Source: Spirochaetaceae bacterium (GTDB lineage: Bacteria > Spirochaetota > Spirochaetia > DSM-2461). From it: DNA of 64,000 bases. Positions within the stretch are counted from its first letter, which is position 1, and every line of letters begins with the position of its first letter. The stretch lies in NCBI GenBank assembly GCA_051531975.1, contig JAOPTT010000012.1, positions 32,001-96,000 of the forward strand, written 5' to 3'. A model generated the notes under the pieces. That model saw nothing but the letters and a program-made list of their open reading frames with translations, had not been told where the DNA came from and did no database searches. The position numbers and the translations under genes are program-made. Of this stretch, positions 1-9,763 are shown piece by piece.

Positions 1-1394
1 AATGGTTTAATGACAATTGGGCGGAGCAAGATGCTGAATTATGGTATAAAGCTTTTTGTGAAACTACCAAAAAAATATTAGCTGATGTTAATCCAGAACA
101 TGTTTTAGGTGTCTCATTTAGTGGTCAGATGATGGGCTGTCTATGTGTTGATTCTTTAGGTAAACCCTTACATAACTCAATAATATGGGCTGATATGAGA
201 GCTTCAATAGAAGAGACATTTATAAATGATAAAATAAACTCTGAAGAGTTTTATAAAATTACAGGACATAGAGCTAGTGCTTCTTATACATTGGCCAAAT
301 TCTTATGGATAAAAAATAATTTACCGGAAATATATAATAATACATATAAAGTATTAAATGCTAAAGATTATATACTTCATAAATTAACAGGAGAATTTGT
401 AACTGATTATTCTGATGCATCAGGAACTAATTTACTTGATATCAATACTTTAAAATGGTCTGAAAAAATTGCAAAGGCTGTTGATATCAATATTGATAAG
501 TTTCCAGAACTTCGTAAGTCTACAGATATTATTGGTTTAATAAATTCCCAGAACAGTATTGAAACAGGTTTAGCTATTGGAACACCTATTATCTGTGGAG
601 GTGGTGATGGAGCAATGTCGGCACTTGGAGCAAAATGTATAAATACAGGAGATGTTTTTTGTACTTTAGGTACATCCTCATGGAACGCTACAACAACAAA
701 TGAACCTTTTTTTGATAAACAAATGAGAACTTTTAACTTTGTTCATATAATTCCAGGGAAATATATACCCTGTGGTACTATGCAAACTGCTGGAGCCTCC
801 CTTAGCTGGTTAAAAAAAGAGATGGCGATTGATAATTATGAAGATATAAATAACGCTGTAAAAAAATCTAAACCCGGCTCAAATGGATTATATTTTATGC
901 CATATTTAATGGGAGAACGAAGTCCCAGATGGAATTCTAAAGCTAGAGGCTGTTTTATTGGTTTAAAAATGCAGACAACATCTGGCGATATGTTTAGATC
1001 TGTTTACGAAGGTGTAGCTTTTAATCTTGAAATAATTTTTGGATTGATATCAAGAAACCAGGATGTTAAAGAGATAATTATGACTGGAGGTGGTGCTAAA
1101 AGTGAAGTTTGGAATCAAATAATTGCTGATATCTATAATACTAATATATTAATTCCAAATTATACTGAGGAAGCCACATCAATTGGTGCTGCAATAACTG
1201 CTGGTGTTGGATTAGGAATTTTTAAATCATTTGATAAAATTACGGATTTTATTAAAATTGATAAAACAGTTCAGCCGATAAAAGCTAATGTTATTAAATA
1301 CAACAAAATGAAACCAATTTTTGAATCAATTTATCAGTCTTTAATACCTGTGTATAATAATATTGATGAACTTCAGAGGGGAGAAAATGAATAA
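1..1394 (+). CDS. xylB: FGGY-family carbohydrate kinase (xylulokinase-like), 5' end outside the window
   Basis: The frame is open from position 3 (WAEQDAELWY...SFSGQMMG). FGGY motifs IIWADMR, TDYSDASGT, GGGDG, PYLMGERSP and GGGAKS are present. Confidence 0.8.
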   Translation, partial: WFNDNWAEQDAELWYKAFCETTKKILADVNPEHVLGVSFSGQMMGCLCVDSLGKPLHNSIIWADMRASIEETFINDKINSEEFYKITGHRASASYTLAKFLWIKNNLPEIYNNTYKVLNAKDYILHKLTGEFVTDYSDASGTNLLDINTLKWSEKIAKAVDINIDKFPELRKSTDIIGLINSQNSIETGLAIGTPIICGGGDGAMSALGAKCINTGDVFCTLGTSSWNATTTNEPFFDKQMRTFNFVHIIPGKYIPCGTMQTAGASLSWLKKEMAIDNYEDINNAVKKSKPGSNGLYFMPYLMGERSPRWNSKARGCFIGLKMQTTSGDMFRSVYEGVAFNLEIIFGLISRNQDVKEIIMTGGGAKSEVWNQIIADIYNTNILIPNYTEEATSIGAAITAGVGLGIFKSFDKITDFIKIDKTVQPIKANVIKYNKMKPIFESIYQSLIPVYNNIDELQRGENE

Positions 1395-2082
1395 TAATAT
1401 GTTACAACTAAAACAGGTCGCGGCTATGATTGATAACACGGTTTTAAGGCCTTTTATAACTAATGATGTCTGGTTTGAGTTGTGTAATACCAGCATTGAA
1501 TATGGATTTAAAACTGTTGCTATTAACAACGCTGGAATAGAATATTGTGTCAGTATATTAAAAGAGTCTGATGTATTAGTTGATGCAGCTGTAAGTTTCC
1601 CCCTAGGCCAAGCTACCATGGAAGTCAAGTTTTTTGAAACTGAAGATGCCATACAGAAGGGTGCAAAAGAAGTTGATTATGTTATAAATATTGTAGAATT
1701 AAAAAATGGTAACTATGACTATATTAAAAAGGAAATGAAAGGTATTGTTGCTATTTGTAAAAAAAACGATGTTGTATCCAAAGTAATTTTTGAAACATGT
1801 TACCTTACTAGTTCAGAGATTATTAAAATGTGCGAAATAGCAAATGTAGTAAAACCAACTTTTATTAAAACTTCCACTGGTTTTGGTGAATATGGTGCCA
1901 AGATTGAAGATGTACGATTAATGAGAAAACATACAGATCAGGATATTAAAATTAAAGCATCAGGTGGGATTAGAACTCTTGAAGACTTTATTTCATTTGT
2001 TGAAGCAGGAGCTTCAAGAATTGGTACATCATCAGGAGTGAAAATAATTGATGAATATAAAAAGAAATATTTTGGCAATTAG
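1387..2082 (+). CDS. deoC: Deoxyribose-phosphate aldolase (class I)
   Basis: Motifs SFPLG, GAKEVDYV, KVIFET, FIKTSTG (Schiff-base Lys), KASGGIR and RIGTSSG. The ATG at 1387 follows GAGGGGAG and overlaps the kinase 3' end. Confidence 0.9.
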   Translation: MNNNMLQLKQVAAMIDNTVLRPFITNDVWFELCNTSIEYGFKTVAINNAGIEYCVSILKESDVLVDAAVSFPLGQATMEVKFFETEDAIQKGAKEVDYVINIVELKNGNYDYIKKEMKGIVAICKKNDVVSKVIFETCYLTSSEIIKMCEIANVVKPTFIKTSTGFGEYGAKIEDVRLMRKHTDQDIKIKASGGIRTLEDFISFVEAGASRIGTSSGVKIIDEYKKKYFGN

Positions 2083-2200
2083 GTATAAATTGTTTCTAAA
2101 TAATAGAAGTGGAATTACATTTTAAATCATATAAAAAATATTTTATTGTCTCTTTTTCTATTAATTATTTATATAATGTAATTATCAAATGGAGAGTTTT

Positions 2201-3265
2201 ATGATTTTAGATAAAAAAAGACATCTACTAATTCTCATTTCTTTTATTTTAGTATGTTTTTCAACCTATGCAGCTGGTAATAAAGAAACTAAGGTTCCTG
2301 AAGTTAATGTCAAAGTTGAAGTCGACAAAGTTGAAGATGAAGCTAAACCTCGTACTGACCCCAATTATAACAGTTCTATAAATAACTTCAGTTCAGAAGG
2401 TAGTTCAATATCTATACCTCCAAGCTGGACTTGCCTATCAAATGTATCTGCTACCGATAGTAGTCAGGTTTTTAAAGCAGTATCTCCTGATGGTAGTTTT
2501 TTATCTTTACACAAAATATATTTTGAGTTTTCTCTGAATGAGTTGGCACTTATTAAATCTGTTGAAGATCAAATTAATAATACTGGTGAAGTAATTAGAA
2601 TTAAAGATTTTGATTTAGGTTTAGATTTTAATCGAGGGAAACTATATGCTTGGCAGTTAAAAAATGAAACTAGTCTAAATGGTTTAATAATTGAGAGCCG
2701 TGAAGGTTTTAATTATGAATGGCGTTATCAGATTCCTAAAAATGTATCAGAATCAGAACTTGATATCATTAATAGAATAATCCAAGAAGCTAAATTTACT
2801 AAAAATACTAATTCTATGAGAAAAACTAGTAATAATATTATGTTTAATTCTGAAGGTGGATCTTGGCGTTGGATTGGAGACTTAGGTGATGGATTTATGT
2901 TAGAATCTCTTGTTCCACAAGACACATATAGTATAATTGCTTCTGTATTTAGGCTTAATTCTATAGAGAATGGTGAAGAATGGTATGCAAATTTAGAAAC
3001 TGAGGGATGGAAAAAAGAATCTGAACTAATAAATATGCGTGGTGAACCTAGGTACCCCCAAATATTAAGTCTTGTTACCCCTGGGCTTATAGTTCGTTTT
3101 TGCATTATATTTCCAGATCCTAATAATAAGTTAAGCCCTTTATGTATCTACTTTTATGTAAGAAACATTAAGGATAATCCAAAAACTGTTTCAGAGATTC
3201 TATCCCATGAGTTAGTTCAGAATCTTCTAAACTATAATCTTATTATTCCTAGGAGTGATATATGA
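2201..3265 (+). CDS. Secreted hypothetical protein, family A copy A1 (possibly PsbP/Mog1-like fold)
   Basis: Signal peptide ending ...STYAAGNKE; GGAGAG precedes the ATG at 2201. Clear paralogue of 8681..9676. The fold is a guess. Confidence 0.7.
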   Translation: MILDKKRHLLILISFILVCFSTYAAGNKETKVPEVNVKVEVDKVEDEAKPRTDPNYNSSINNFSSEGSSISIPPSWTCLSNVSATDSSQVFKAVSPDGSFLSLHKIYFEFSLNELALIKSVEDQINNTGEVIRIKDFDLGLDFNRGKLYAWQLKNETSLNGLIIESREGFNYEWRYQIPKNVSESELDIINRIIQEAKFTKNTNSMRKTSNNIMFNSEGGSWRWIGDLGDGFMLESLVPQDTYSIIASVFRLNSIENGEEWYANLETEGWKKESELINMRGEPRYPQILSLVTPGLIVRFCIIFPDPNNKLSPLCIYFYVRNIKDNPKTVSEILSHELVQNLLNYNLIIPRSDI

Positions 3266-4842
3266 TCTGTTTAAAAAAGATTTATCTAATTTTATTTCTA
3301 ATTATATCATGGTCTATTTGTTCTAAAGAAAAACCGGTTATCGCAATATATCAAATGTCTAATCCCAGCGAAATACCATGGATTGATAATATGGGTAATA
3401 CAGTGAATGATGTTGTCGCACTAACTCTATCTTTAATGAATAACTACGAAGTAATTAGGTTAGATGAAAACATTAATATTTCCTCAGTTGATGATTTAAA
3501 ATTATTATCTACAGAAATGGGATACGACGACATCATCTTTGGGGAGTGTCTTATTGTCGATGATGGTTTTAGGTTCTCTATTCGTATATATGATAGATTT
3601 AAAGATTCTATGACTATAGAAACAGAACGTGATATAGAATCTGTTATGGACTCTTTTGAGGCTGCTGATTATCTAGTTAATGTGCTTTTAGAAGGTTTAA
3701 GTGGTGTTAGAGTAAATTATGGTAGTCTGAAACTTAGTACTTTACGTGCAGACCCTTATAGAACAGAAATTAATAAAGTTGATATGGGTTATGGATTTAA
3801 TCGAATAGATAAGTTAATAACTGGGAATCATATAATAGAGATTTATCAAGATAGGGGAGAGGGGGAAATATTAATATCTACTTTTAATATAAACTTAAAA
3901 GAAGATGACAATTATTTACTACCTTCAGTCGTTCCATGGTTTACTGCTTCACAATCTGAAACTATGGATAATCTAGATAGATCTATTGCTAGTTTAGGTG
4001 GTTCAGACAATCGTATAAACAGTTCAAAACAATATTTTGATCAGGCATTAGAGTTTTCTAGTACACCGTTTATGGAGCAGTTTAGACCTAAAGTTATACA
4101 GCACTATAAGAACTGGTTTTCATATTTTACTTCTCCATATGTTTTAGAGGCAGATTTTCAAGAATCTATTAAAATTATTAACTATAGAGCTGTCAAAGAG
4201 TTTCCTTTCACAAATCTAGTAGATCCATATAAAACAGAGTTATCAACGACTCTACCACAAAGTAGTCGTATTTTTATACAATTACAGAAACAAGAAATAA
4301 ATAGGGCAAAATTTATTCCTGAATTTACAAATATTACTTTAGATGGAAAAGCAGATGACTGGGACAATATTAAAACAAGTTTTAAGGATACAAAGAGTAA
4401 TAAAAAAATTATTGATAATGAAATATTAGGTGAAGACCAGGACCTAGTTTGGTTTGGCGTGGCAACAGATGGAAAGAACCTTTATGTTGCTATTCAGACA
4501 TTTAACAAAAAGTTTTCACCCTTATCAGATTTTAACTTTCACTTTACTGGGCAGCACATACTTTCTACAGGATTTGATCCAGAGTCCAATTCATTATGGA
4601 GCTCTTGGGTTGAAAATAAAAATTGGAATGATTCTATTTCACTGACAGGGAACGATATTAAAATTAAAGGTGGTGAGATTTTTGAAATGTCTATACCTTT
4701 GAACTATTTAGCTGATAAAACTTTACCCGGTAATAATGGGCTATTTATTGAACTTAGTGTTAAAGAAAAAGATGGTAATATGCGAGTGGATAGTTTAGAT
4801 ATGAGAATCTTATTACCAGATCTTTATTATTCTCTTCAGTAA
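3262..4842 (+). CDS. Secreted protein, family B copy B1: TolB-N/CsgG-like domain, PEGA-like domain, C-terminal DOMON/CBM9-like domain
   Basis: Signal peptide; motifs GYDDIIFGEC, YGSLKL, ITLDGKADDW, DGKNLYVAI and FEMSIPL. ATGA overlap with A1. Confidence 0.65.
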   Translation: MICLKKIYLILFLIISWSICSKEKPVIAIYQMSNPSEIPWIDNMGNTVNDVVALTLSLMNNYEVIRLDENINISSVDDLKLLSTEMGYDDIIFGECLIVDDGFRFSIRIYDRFKDSMTIETERDIESVMDSFEAADYLVNVLLEGLSGVRVNYGSLKLSTLRADPYRTEINKVDMGYGFNRIDKLITGNHIIEIYQDRGEGEILISTFNINLKEDDNYLLPSVVPWFTASQSETMDNLDRSIASLGGSDNRINSSKQYFDQALEFSSTPFMEQFRPKVIQHYKNWFSYFTSPYVLEADFQESIKIINYRAVKEFPFTNLVDPYKTELSTTLPQSSRIFIQLQKQEINRAKFIPEFTNITLDGKADDWDNIKTSFKDTKSNKKIIDNEILGEDQDLVWFGVATDGKNLYVAIQTFNKKFSPLSDFNFHFTGQHILSTGFDPESNSLWSSWVENKNWNDSISLTGNDIKIKGGEIFEMSIPLNYLADKTLPGNNGLFIELSVKEKDGNMRVDSLDMRILLPDLYYSLQ

Positions 4843-4875
4843 TAAGTTAAGAAATACAATTATTTAGGTGGAATT

Positions 4876-5457
4876 ATGAAAGTAACAATTGATAAAATTA
4901 AAGGATTTAATAACAGAGATATTGAAGTTATTTTAAATGATTCTAATTCATCTGAATGTTTGTATGTATTATATCCAGGGATAGGTTATGCTTATGATTC
5001 CCCACTGTTTTATTACCTGACTAGGTTATTAATTCAGAACAAACAGAATTTTATCTTTTTCAAATTAAACTGTGATGAATTAGGTAAAACTAGAAACTGT
5101 TCATATGAAGAGTTTCTACCACATTTAGAATCTGAGATTTTAAGCTCTTTTAAATATATAGAAAGCAAAAAATATAAAAAGATTAACATAATAGGCAAGT
5201 CTATTGGGACTTTAGCTATTGAGATGGCAAAAAATAGCGGTATTAAAAGTCTTATTTCAAAATATATATGGTTAACTCCATTTTGAAACACTTCTAATTT
5301 ATCAAATATAGAATTAGATATTAAAAGGGACTATTTTTTTGTTGGTGACTCTGATCCATTTTATGATAAAGAGGTATATAGTGGAATTAAATCCAGGGCT
5401 AATATTAAAACCTACAAAGGATTAGACCACTCATTTGATATTGTTTATATTTGTTAG
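4876..5457 (+). pseudogene. Alpha/beta hydrolase interrupted by an in-frame TGA
   Basis: PGIGY and the GKSIG nucleophile elbow lie before TGA 5284-5286. The same frame continues with VGDSDPF and YKGLDHSF (likely Asp/His of the triad) to TAG 5455-5457. Confidence 0.75.
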
Positions 5458-5503
5458 GATATTTGTTGTATAGATATTAATAATAACTTTACTTTTTTCA
5501 TAT

Positions 5504-7093
5504 TTAATTTTCTTTCCTAGTTAATATTTCTAACATAGGGAATGTAATAATTGGTGCTTTACTTAGCCCATCAATTTCGTAATCTTCTTCAGCATTTCTA
5601 GGGGAATAATAAATATTTAAGTATGAAGTCATTTCAGGATCAAATCTAGTGGATTTCATTAGCATTTTTAATGGTATAGAAAATTCTAGAACATCCCCTA
5701 ATTTATATCTTACTTGTTGTTCCAAAGAGACCCATTGAATATCTGTACCACCATTATTTTCAGTATTTGTCGAAATTTCAAACTTCTTATTATAATCTTG
5801 CAAATTAAAGGATATTTTCCCGTCAGCATGCATACTTAATCCATATCTAATATCATCATTGGCCTCTACTTTTTCTTTTAAACCAATAAGTATATATAGA
5901 TGTTTTGTATCAAATGCAATTTTAAATTCTGTCAAATCGGCTGTTATATTGGAACTAATATTTGTTGTTTCTACATCCCCAACTGGATCAATATAGCCAG
6001 ATGTTACATTTGCCCAGTCATCGGCTTTCCCATCGATAGTTATTGTTTTATAATCTGGAACTAACTTATTTAGTAATTTATACTGTTTTTTATCTATCTT
6101 AGGTTCATACCTAGAAGTTAAACTTACATTTTTATTAACTACACTTTTAGGTAACTCATCACGCCAAACTGAACTTATTTTTTTATTTAATCTGACAATT
6201 TCATTTGGTTTAGAATAATCGATATTATCTGAAATTAAAGAAGTCCAATTCTCATACTTTTGAATAACTTTAGGTCTATACAAAACATAAAAATTTGAGG
6301 ATAAAAGGTTCTCTAGTTCTGGGGTTAATATTGTTTTAGTGTTTCCAATAATTGCATCATTGGTAAATTTTTTATCTGCTATGTTTAATATGGCTGCTTC
6401 TTCTGTAGTCACTCTAGCTACGGGGAATGGTATTTTATTCACTATATTTTCTTGAATAAAGATATCACTTTCTACTATATGTTTTCCAAAATATCTATCT
6501 TGAATTATTGTTAGTTTATGTTTGCCAGATGGCATTTTATCTATTGTTAATGATCCCTCAGCTAGAGCTACATCATCTATTGTAAAACTTAAAGGTTCTC
6601 CTGATTCTGGTTTAAGTAAAGCTAAACTTCCGTAGGTTACATGTATTCCAGAAAAACCTTCAACTGTTTTATCAATTATCTGGTCTATTGCATCTAAAGT
6701 ATCAAAAATAGATTCTACAGTTGTAGAGTCTGAATAGGTTATTTTATTAAGTGCACGGTCGTAGGCATTCATGGATATAATATAACTTCCATCAATAAAT
6801 GAGCAGGAACCAAATATTATATTATCGTACCCCTCAGCTTCTGATCGTATCCTAAGGGCTTCTGTATTTATATCTCCTATCTTAGTTGGTATTTCAGTAG
6901 ATACAATAAATTGTCCTAGTAATTTAAGAGTTAAACTTACAGAATCTGCAGTTTTTATACATAGGGCATCAAGCCATACTTCTTCTGACATATTTATTAT
7001 TGGATCAATTTGAACTATTGGTTTAGACTCACCCCAACTAGATAATATATTAATTAGAAATATAATTATTATTAATAACGTCTTTAATTTCAT
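5504..7093 (-). CDS. Secreted protein, family B copy B3
   Basis: Same architecture as B1 (GYDNIIFGSC, ITIDGKADDW, LEFSIPL). ATGA overlap with B2. Confidence 0.7.
   Translation of the reverse strand: MKLKTLLIIIIFLINILSSWGESKPIVQIDPIINMSEEVWLDALCIKTADSVSLTLKLLGQFIVSTEIPTKIGDINTEALRIRSEAEGYDNIIFGSCSFIDGSYIISMNAYDRALNKITYSDSTTVESIFDTLDAIDQIIDKTVEGFSGIHVTYGSLALLKPESGEPLSFTIDDVALAEGSLTIDKMPSGKHKLTIIQDRYFGKHIVESDIFIQENIVNKIPFPVARVTTEEAAILNIADKKFTNDAIIGNTKTILTPELENLLSSNFYVLYRPKVIQKYENWTSLISDNIDYSKPNEIVRLNKKISSVWRDELPKSVVNKNVSLTSRYEPKIDKKQYKLLNKLVPDYKTITIDGKADDWANVTSGYIDPVGDVETTNISSNITADLTEFKIAFDTKHLYILIGLKEKVEANDDIRYGLSMHADGKISFNLQDYNKKFEISTNTENNGGTDIQWVSLEQQVRYKLGDVLEFSIPLKMLMKSTRFDPEMTSYLNIYYSPRNAEEDYEIDGLSKAPIITFPMLEILTRKEN
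6395..7030. repeat. Direct repeat copy 1 (about 630 bp; conserved 5' half of B3)
   Basis: Aligns at offset 1591 with 7986..8621, with long identical runs such as caactgttttatcaattatctggtctattgcatctaaagtatcaaaaatagattctacagttgtagagtctga. Confidence 0.9.
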
Positions 7094-8679
7094 ATAGAGC
7101 TTTCTTTTCTTGTTAATATTTCTAAAAATGGTATTATTATGTTCAACTCATTATCAAAATGATCAAGTCTATCATGCCTTGGATCTTTATTGTATTCGGT
7201 TGCAATATAGGTTCCCATAGAAGGAGTAAATACTGGGTTCTTAAATAGTATTTTTAAGGGTATTGCAAATTCTAATATTTTTCCAGTTTTGAATTTTACT
7301 TGCTTATCCATAAGTTCCATTGGTTCATCAGGGTCAGATGAACTTTTTCTATCCATACCTACATGAAGTTTGTCTTGGTCATATAGATGAAAGTCAAAAT
7401 AAATATTTCCATTACCATGTAAATGAATTTTATGAACTACTGAATTATTAACATATTTCTCATCTGAAGTTCGTACCATTATATATAAGTACTTTGTATC
7501 AATTGCAACTTTAACCTCTGATAAGTCAATTCCGGTATCTGTTTTTAATTCAGAAGAAAAAGCATCTCCATTTCTATCGGTTACACCAGATAAAACACCT
7601 AACCAATCATCATCATTCCCATCAATAGATATAGTCTTTATTTCAGGTACAATCTTACTTTGCTTTTTTAAAGAAGTTATATCGTATTCAGCTTCATATT
7701 GTGACATTATACTAGATTCATGAATAGACACACTTTGTGGTAATTCCTCTATCCAAATTGATTCGATATTTTTATTTATTTTAATTTTTTTATCTGTTTT
7801 TAAGTTGCTTTTCTTGCTAGAAATTAAAGATATCCATTTGTCATATTTATGTATAACTGAGGGCCGATATTCACTATAAAACTGAGAAGACAATAGGTTT
7901 TTTAAGTCTTTTGTTAAAGCGACCAACTCGCTGTCTCCAGTAATTGCTGCATTTGCTAAATCTCTGTCTGTTTTATTTAGTATATCTGCTTCTTCTATTG
8001 TCACTCTAGTTATAGGGAATGGTATTTTGTTCACTATATTTTCTTGAATAAAGATATCACTTTCCACTATATGTTTTCCAAAGTATCTATCCTGAGTTAT
8101 TGTTAGTTTATGTTTCCCTGCTGGCATTTTATCTATTGTAAAAGTACCTTCAGCAAGAGCTACATCATCTATTGTAAAACTTAAAGGTTCTCCTGATTCA
8201 GGTTTAAGTAGATCTAGACTTCCGTAGGTTACATGTATTCCAGAGAACCCCTCAACTGTTTTATCAATTATCTGGTCTATTGCATCTAAAGTATCAAAAA
8301 TAGATTCTACAGTTGTAGAGTCTGAGTAGGTTATCTTATTAAGTGATCGATCGTAAGCGTTCATGGATATAATATAATTCCCATCTATAAAAGAGCAGGA
8401 ACCAAATATTATATTATCGTAACCATTTGCTTCAGAACGAATCCTAAGAGCTTCTGTATTTATATCTTCTATCTTAGTTGGAATTTCAGTAGATACAATA
8501 AATTGTCCCAGAAGTTTAAGTGTTAAACTTACAGAATCTGCAGTTTTTATACATAGGGCATCTAGCCATACTTCTTTTGACATATTTATTATTGGGTCAA
8601 TTTGTACAATAGGCTTAGACTCTGGATATATAGCGATTATATTGATAAATATGATTGTTATTAATACTAACTTTTTCAT
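7090..8679 (-). CDS. Secreted protein, family B copy B2
   Basis: Likely start MKKLVLI at 8679, 1 nt after the A2 stop. The N-terminal half is nearly identical to B3. Confidence 0.7.
   Translation of the reverse strand: MKKLVLITIIFINIIAIYPESKPIVQIDPIINMSKEVWLDALCIKTADSVSLTLKLLGQFIVSTEIPTKIEDINTEALRIRSEANGYDNIIFGSCSFIDGNYIISMNAYDRSLNKITYSDSTTVESIFDTLDAIDQIIDKTVEGFSGIHVTYGSLDLLKPESGEPLSFTIDDVALAEGTFTIDKMPAGKHKLTITQDRYFGKHIVESDIFIQENIVNKIPFPITRVTIEEADILNKTDRDLANAAITGDSELVALTKDLKNLLSSQFYSEYRPSVIHKYDKWISLISSKKSNLKTDKKIKINKNIESIWIEELPQSVSIHESSIMSQYEAEYDITSLKKQSKIVPEIKTISIDGNDDDWLGVLSGVTDRNGDAFSSELKTDTGIDLSEVKVAIDTKYLYIMVRTSDEKYVNNSVVHKIHLHGNGNIYFDFHLYDQDKLHVGMDRKSSSDPDEPMELMDKQVKFKTGKILEFAIPLKILFKNPVFTPSMGTYIATEYNKDPRHDRLDHFDNELNIIIPFLEILTRKESSI
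7986..8621. repeat. Direct repeat copy 2 (conserved 5' half of B2)
   Basis: Aligns with 6395..7030 (copy 1). Confidence 0.9.
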
Positions 8680-8680
8680 C

Positions 8681-9676
8681 TTATAGATCCTCAGTAAAAA
8701 GCAAATGATAATCAAAAATATCTTTAACAACTTGATTATCAATTAGTGATATAGGATCCACATTATCTTTCATTACATTTTGTATCAGACTGAAACAATA
8801 TGTTTTCCTATTGTGTTGAAAGACAGCATATAAAATAGACCTGTTAAGGTTTTTCTTTTGTCCGTAAACTGTGGCTGTTACTATATTATTTTGAATAAGT
8901 AAGCCGTATTTAAATGGTTTAATATCAAAATCATCACTGTTTTTAAGTTCTTCCTCTTCATTTTTTGTTATTGTCCATATTCCTGCAAGCATATCATCAT
9001 TAGCAATAATGTTATCTAATGCGATATAATAACCATCTTTAAAGTCGTTATACCAAAACCATGTATTGTTTATACTTGAAAATAGTGGTGCATCTTTTTT
9101 ATCCCTAACTGAGACCCAGTCCCTACTATCTTTTGTATAAGTTTCTAGAATAGCAAATGCTTCCTCATTGGAGATTCTTGAATCTGATGGACTTGAAAAA
9201 TGTAAAAAAGTGACATTATCTCCTTGGCTAAAAAGCAGACTATAAAGAGTACGGTCATTTTTAGTTCCAGAGAAACTTGTTATTTGTCCAAATTTTTCAT
9301 GTTCAATTTTATCTATACGAACTTTTTTATCAGTTTTAAAAACATATGTTTTATAAAAATCTTCAAGCTTATCAAAATCTAACTCATAGTCAACATTAAT
9401 ACACTCTAATCCACCTTCTATTCCAGTTGGTGATCTAAAGTTAAAAAGTGTTCCTTTTTCCGATGGGTTTAATATAAATACCCAATCCTCTGGTAGTAGT
9501 AAGGTATTTCCTTTACTTGTAAGTCGATTATTTAATGGTTGTTCATTAAAAGGTTGTTCGTTAATATGAGGTTTAACATCCTCTTCTTTTTCTTTATTAG
9601 ATGACCCAAAAACGTTAGTATTGATTGTTATTACTAATAACACCAAAAATAATTTAGAAATATTGTGTTTATTCAT
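8681..9676 (-). CDS. Secreted hypothetical protein, family A copy A2
   Basis: AGGAG RBS; signal peptide ending ...VFGSSNKE. Aligns to A1: LLLPEDW vs ISIPPSW, FRSPTG vs AVSPDG, TWFWYNDFKDGY vs SWRWIGDLGDGF. Confidence 0.75.
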   Translation of the reverse strand: MNKHNISKLFLVLLVITINTNVFGSSNKEKEEDVKPHINEQPFNEQPLNNRLTSKGNTLLLPEDWVFILNPSEKGTLFNFRSPTGIEGGLECINVDYELDFDKLEDFYKTYVFKTDKKVRIDKIEHEKFGQITSFSGTKNDRTLYSLLFSQGDNVTFLHFSSPSDSRISNEEAFAILETYTKDSRDWVSVRDKKDAPLFSSINNTWFWYNDFKDGYYIALDNIIANDDMLAGIWTITKNEEEELKNSDDFDIKPFKYGLLIQNNIVTATVYGQKKNLNRSILYAVFQHNRKTYCFSLIQNVMKDNVDPISLIDNQVVKDIFDYHLLFTEDL

Positions 9677-9692
9677 TACGAACTCCTAATTT

Positions 9693-9721
9693 ATGATAAG
9701 AAAAGATAAATACACTGTCAA
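9693..9721 (-). promoter_or_regulatory. Sigma70-type promoter for A2-B2-B3
   Basis: Minus strand TTGACA (9721-9716), 17-nt spacer, TATCAT (9698-9693). Confidence 0.6.
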
Positions 9722-9763
9722 TCTGAACTATACGTATTATAAATTATTTGGTAATATTCAAGG

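Noticed and set aside
5284..5286. TGA as Trp/Gly reassignment or selenocysteine
   Set aside because: Many intact genes here end in TGA (e.g. 3265, 27872, 41004, 60554). The position is not a Cys/redox site and no SECIS-like hairpin is evident.
3262..8679. B paralogues as a diversity-generating retroelement or shufflon
   Set aside because: No reverse transcriptase or recombinase is in the window. Differences are not adenine-specific, and the near-identical part is the N-terminus rather than a C-terminal TR/VR pair.
8680..8742. ORF-track starts at 8742 (B2), 24252 (pyrF), 1363 (deoC) and 50423 (kinase)
   Set aside because: Downstream ATGs fit RBS position, gene coupling and paralogue or family N-termini better.
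9677..9763. CRP site in the cyclase divergent promoter
   Set aside because: No TGTGA-N6-TCACA match was found by eye.
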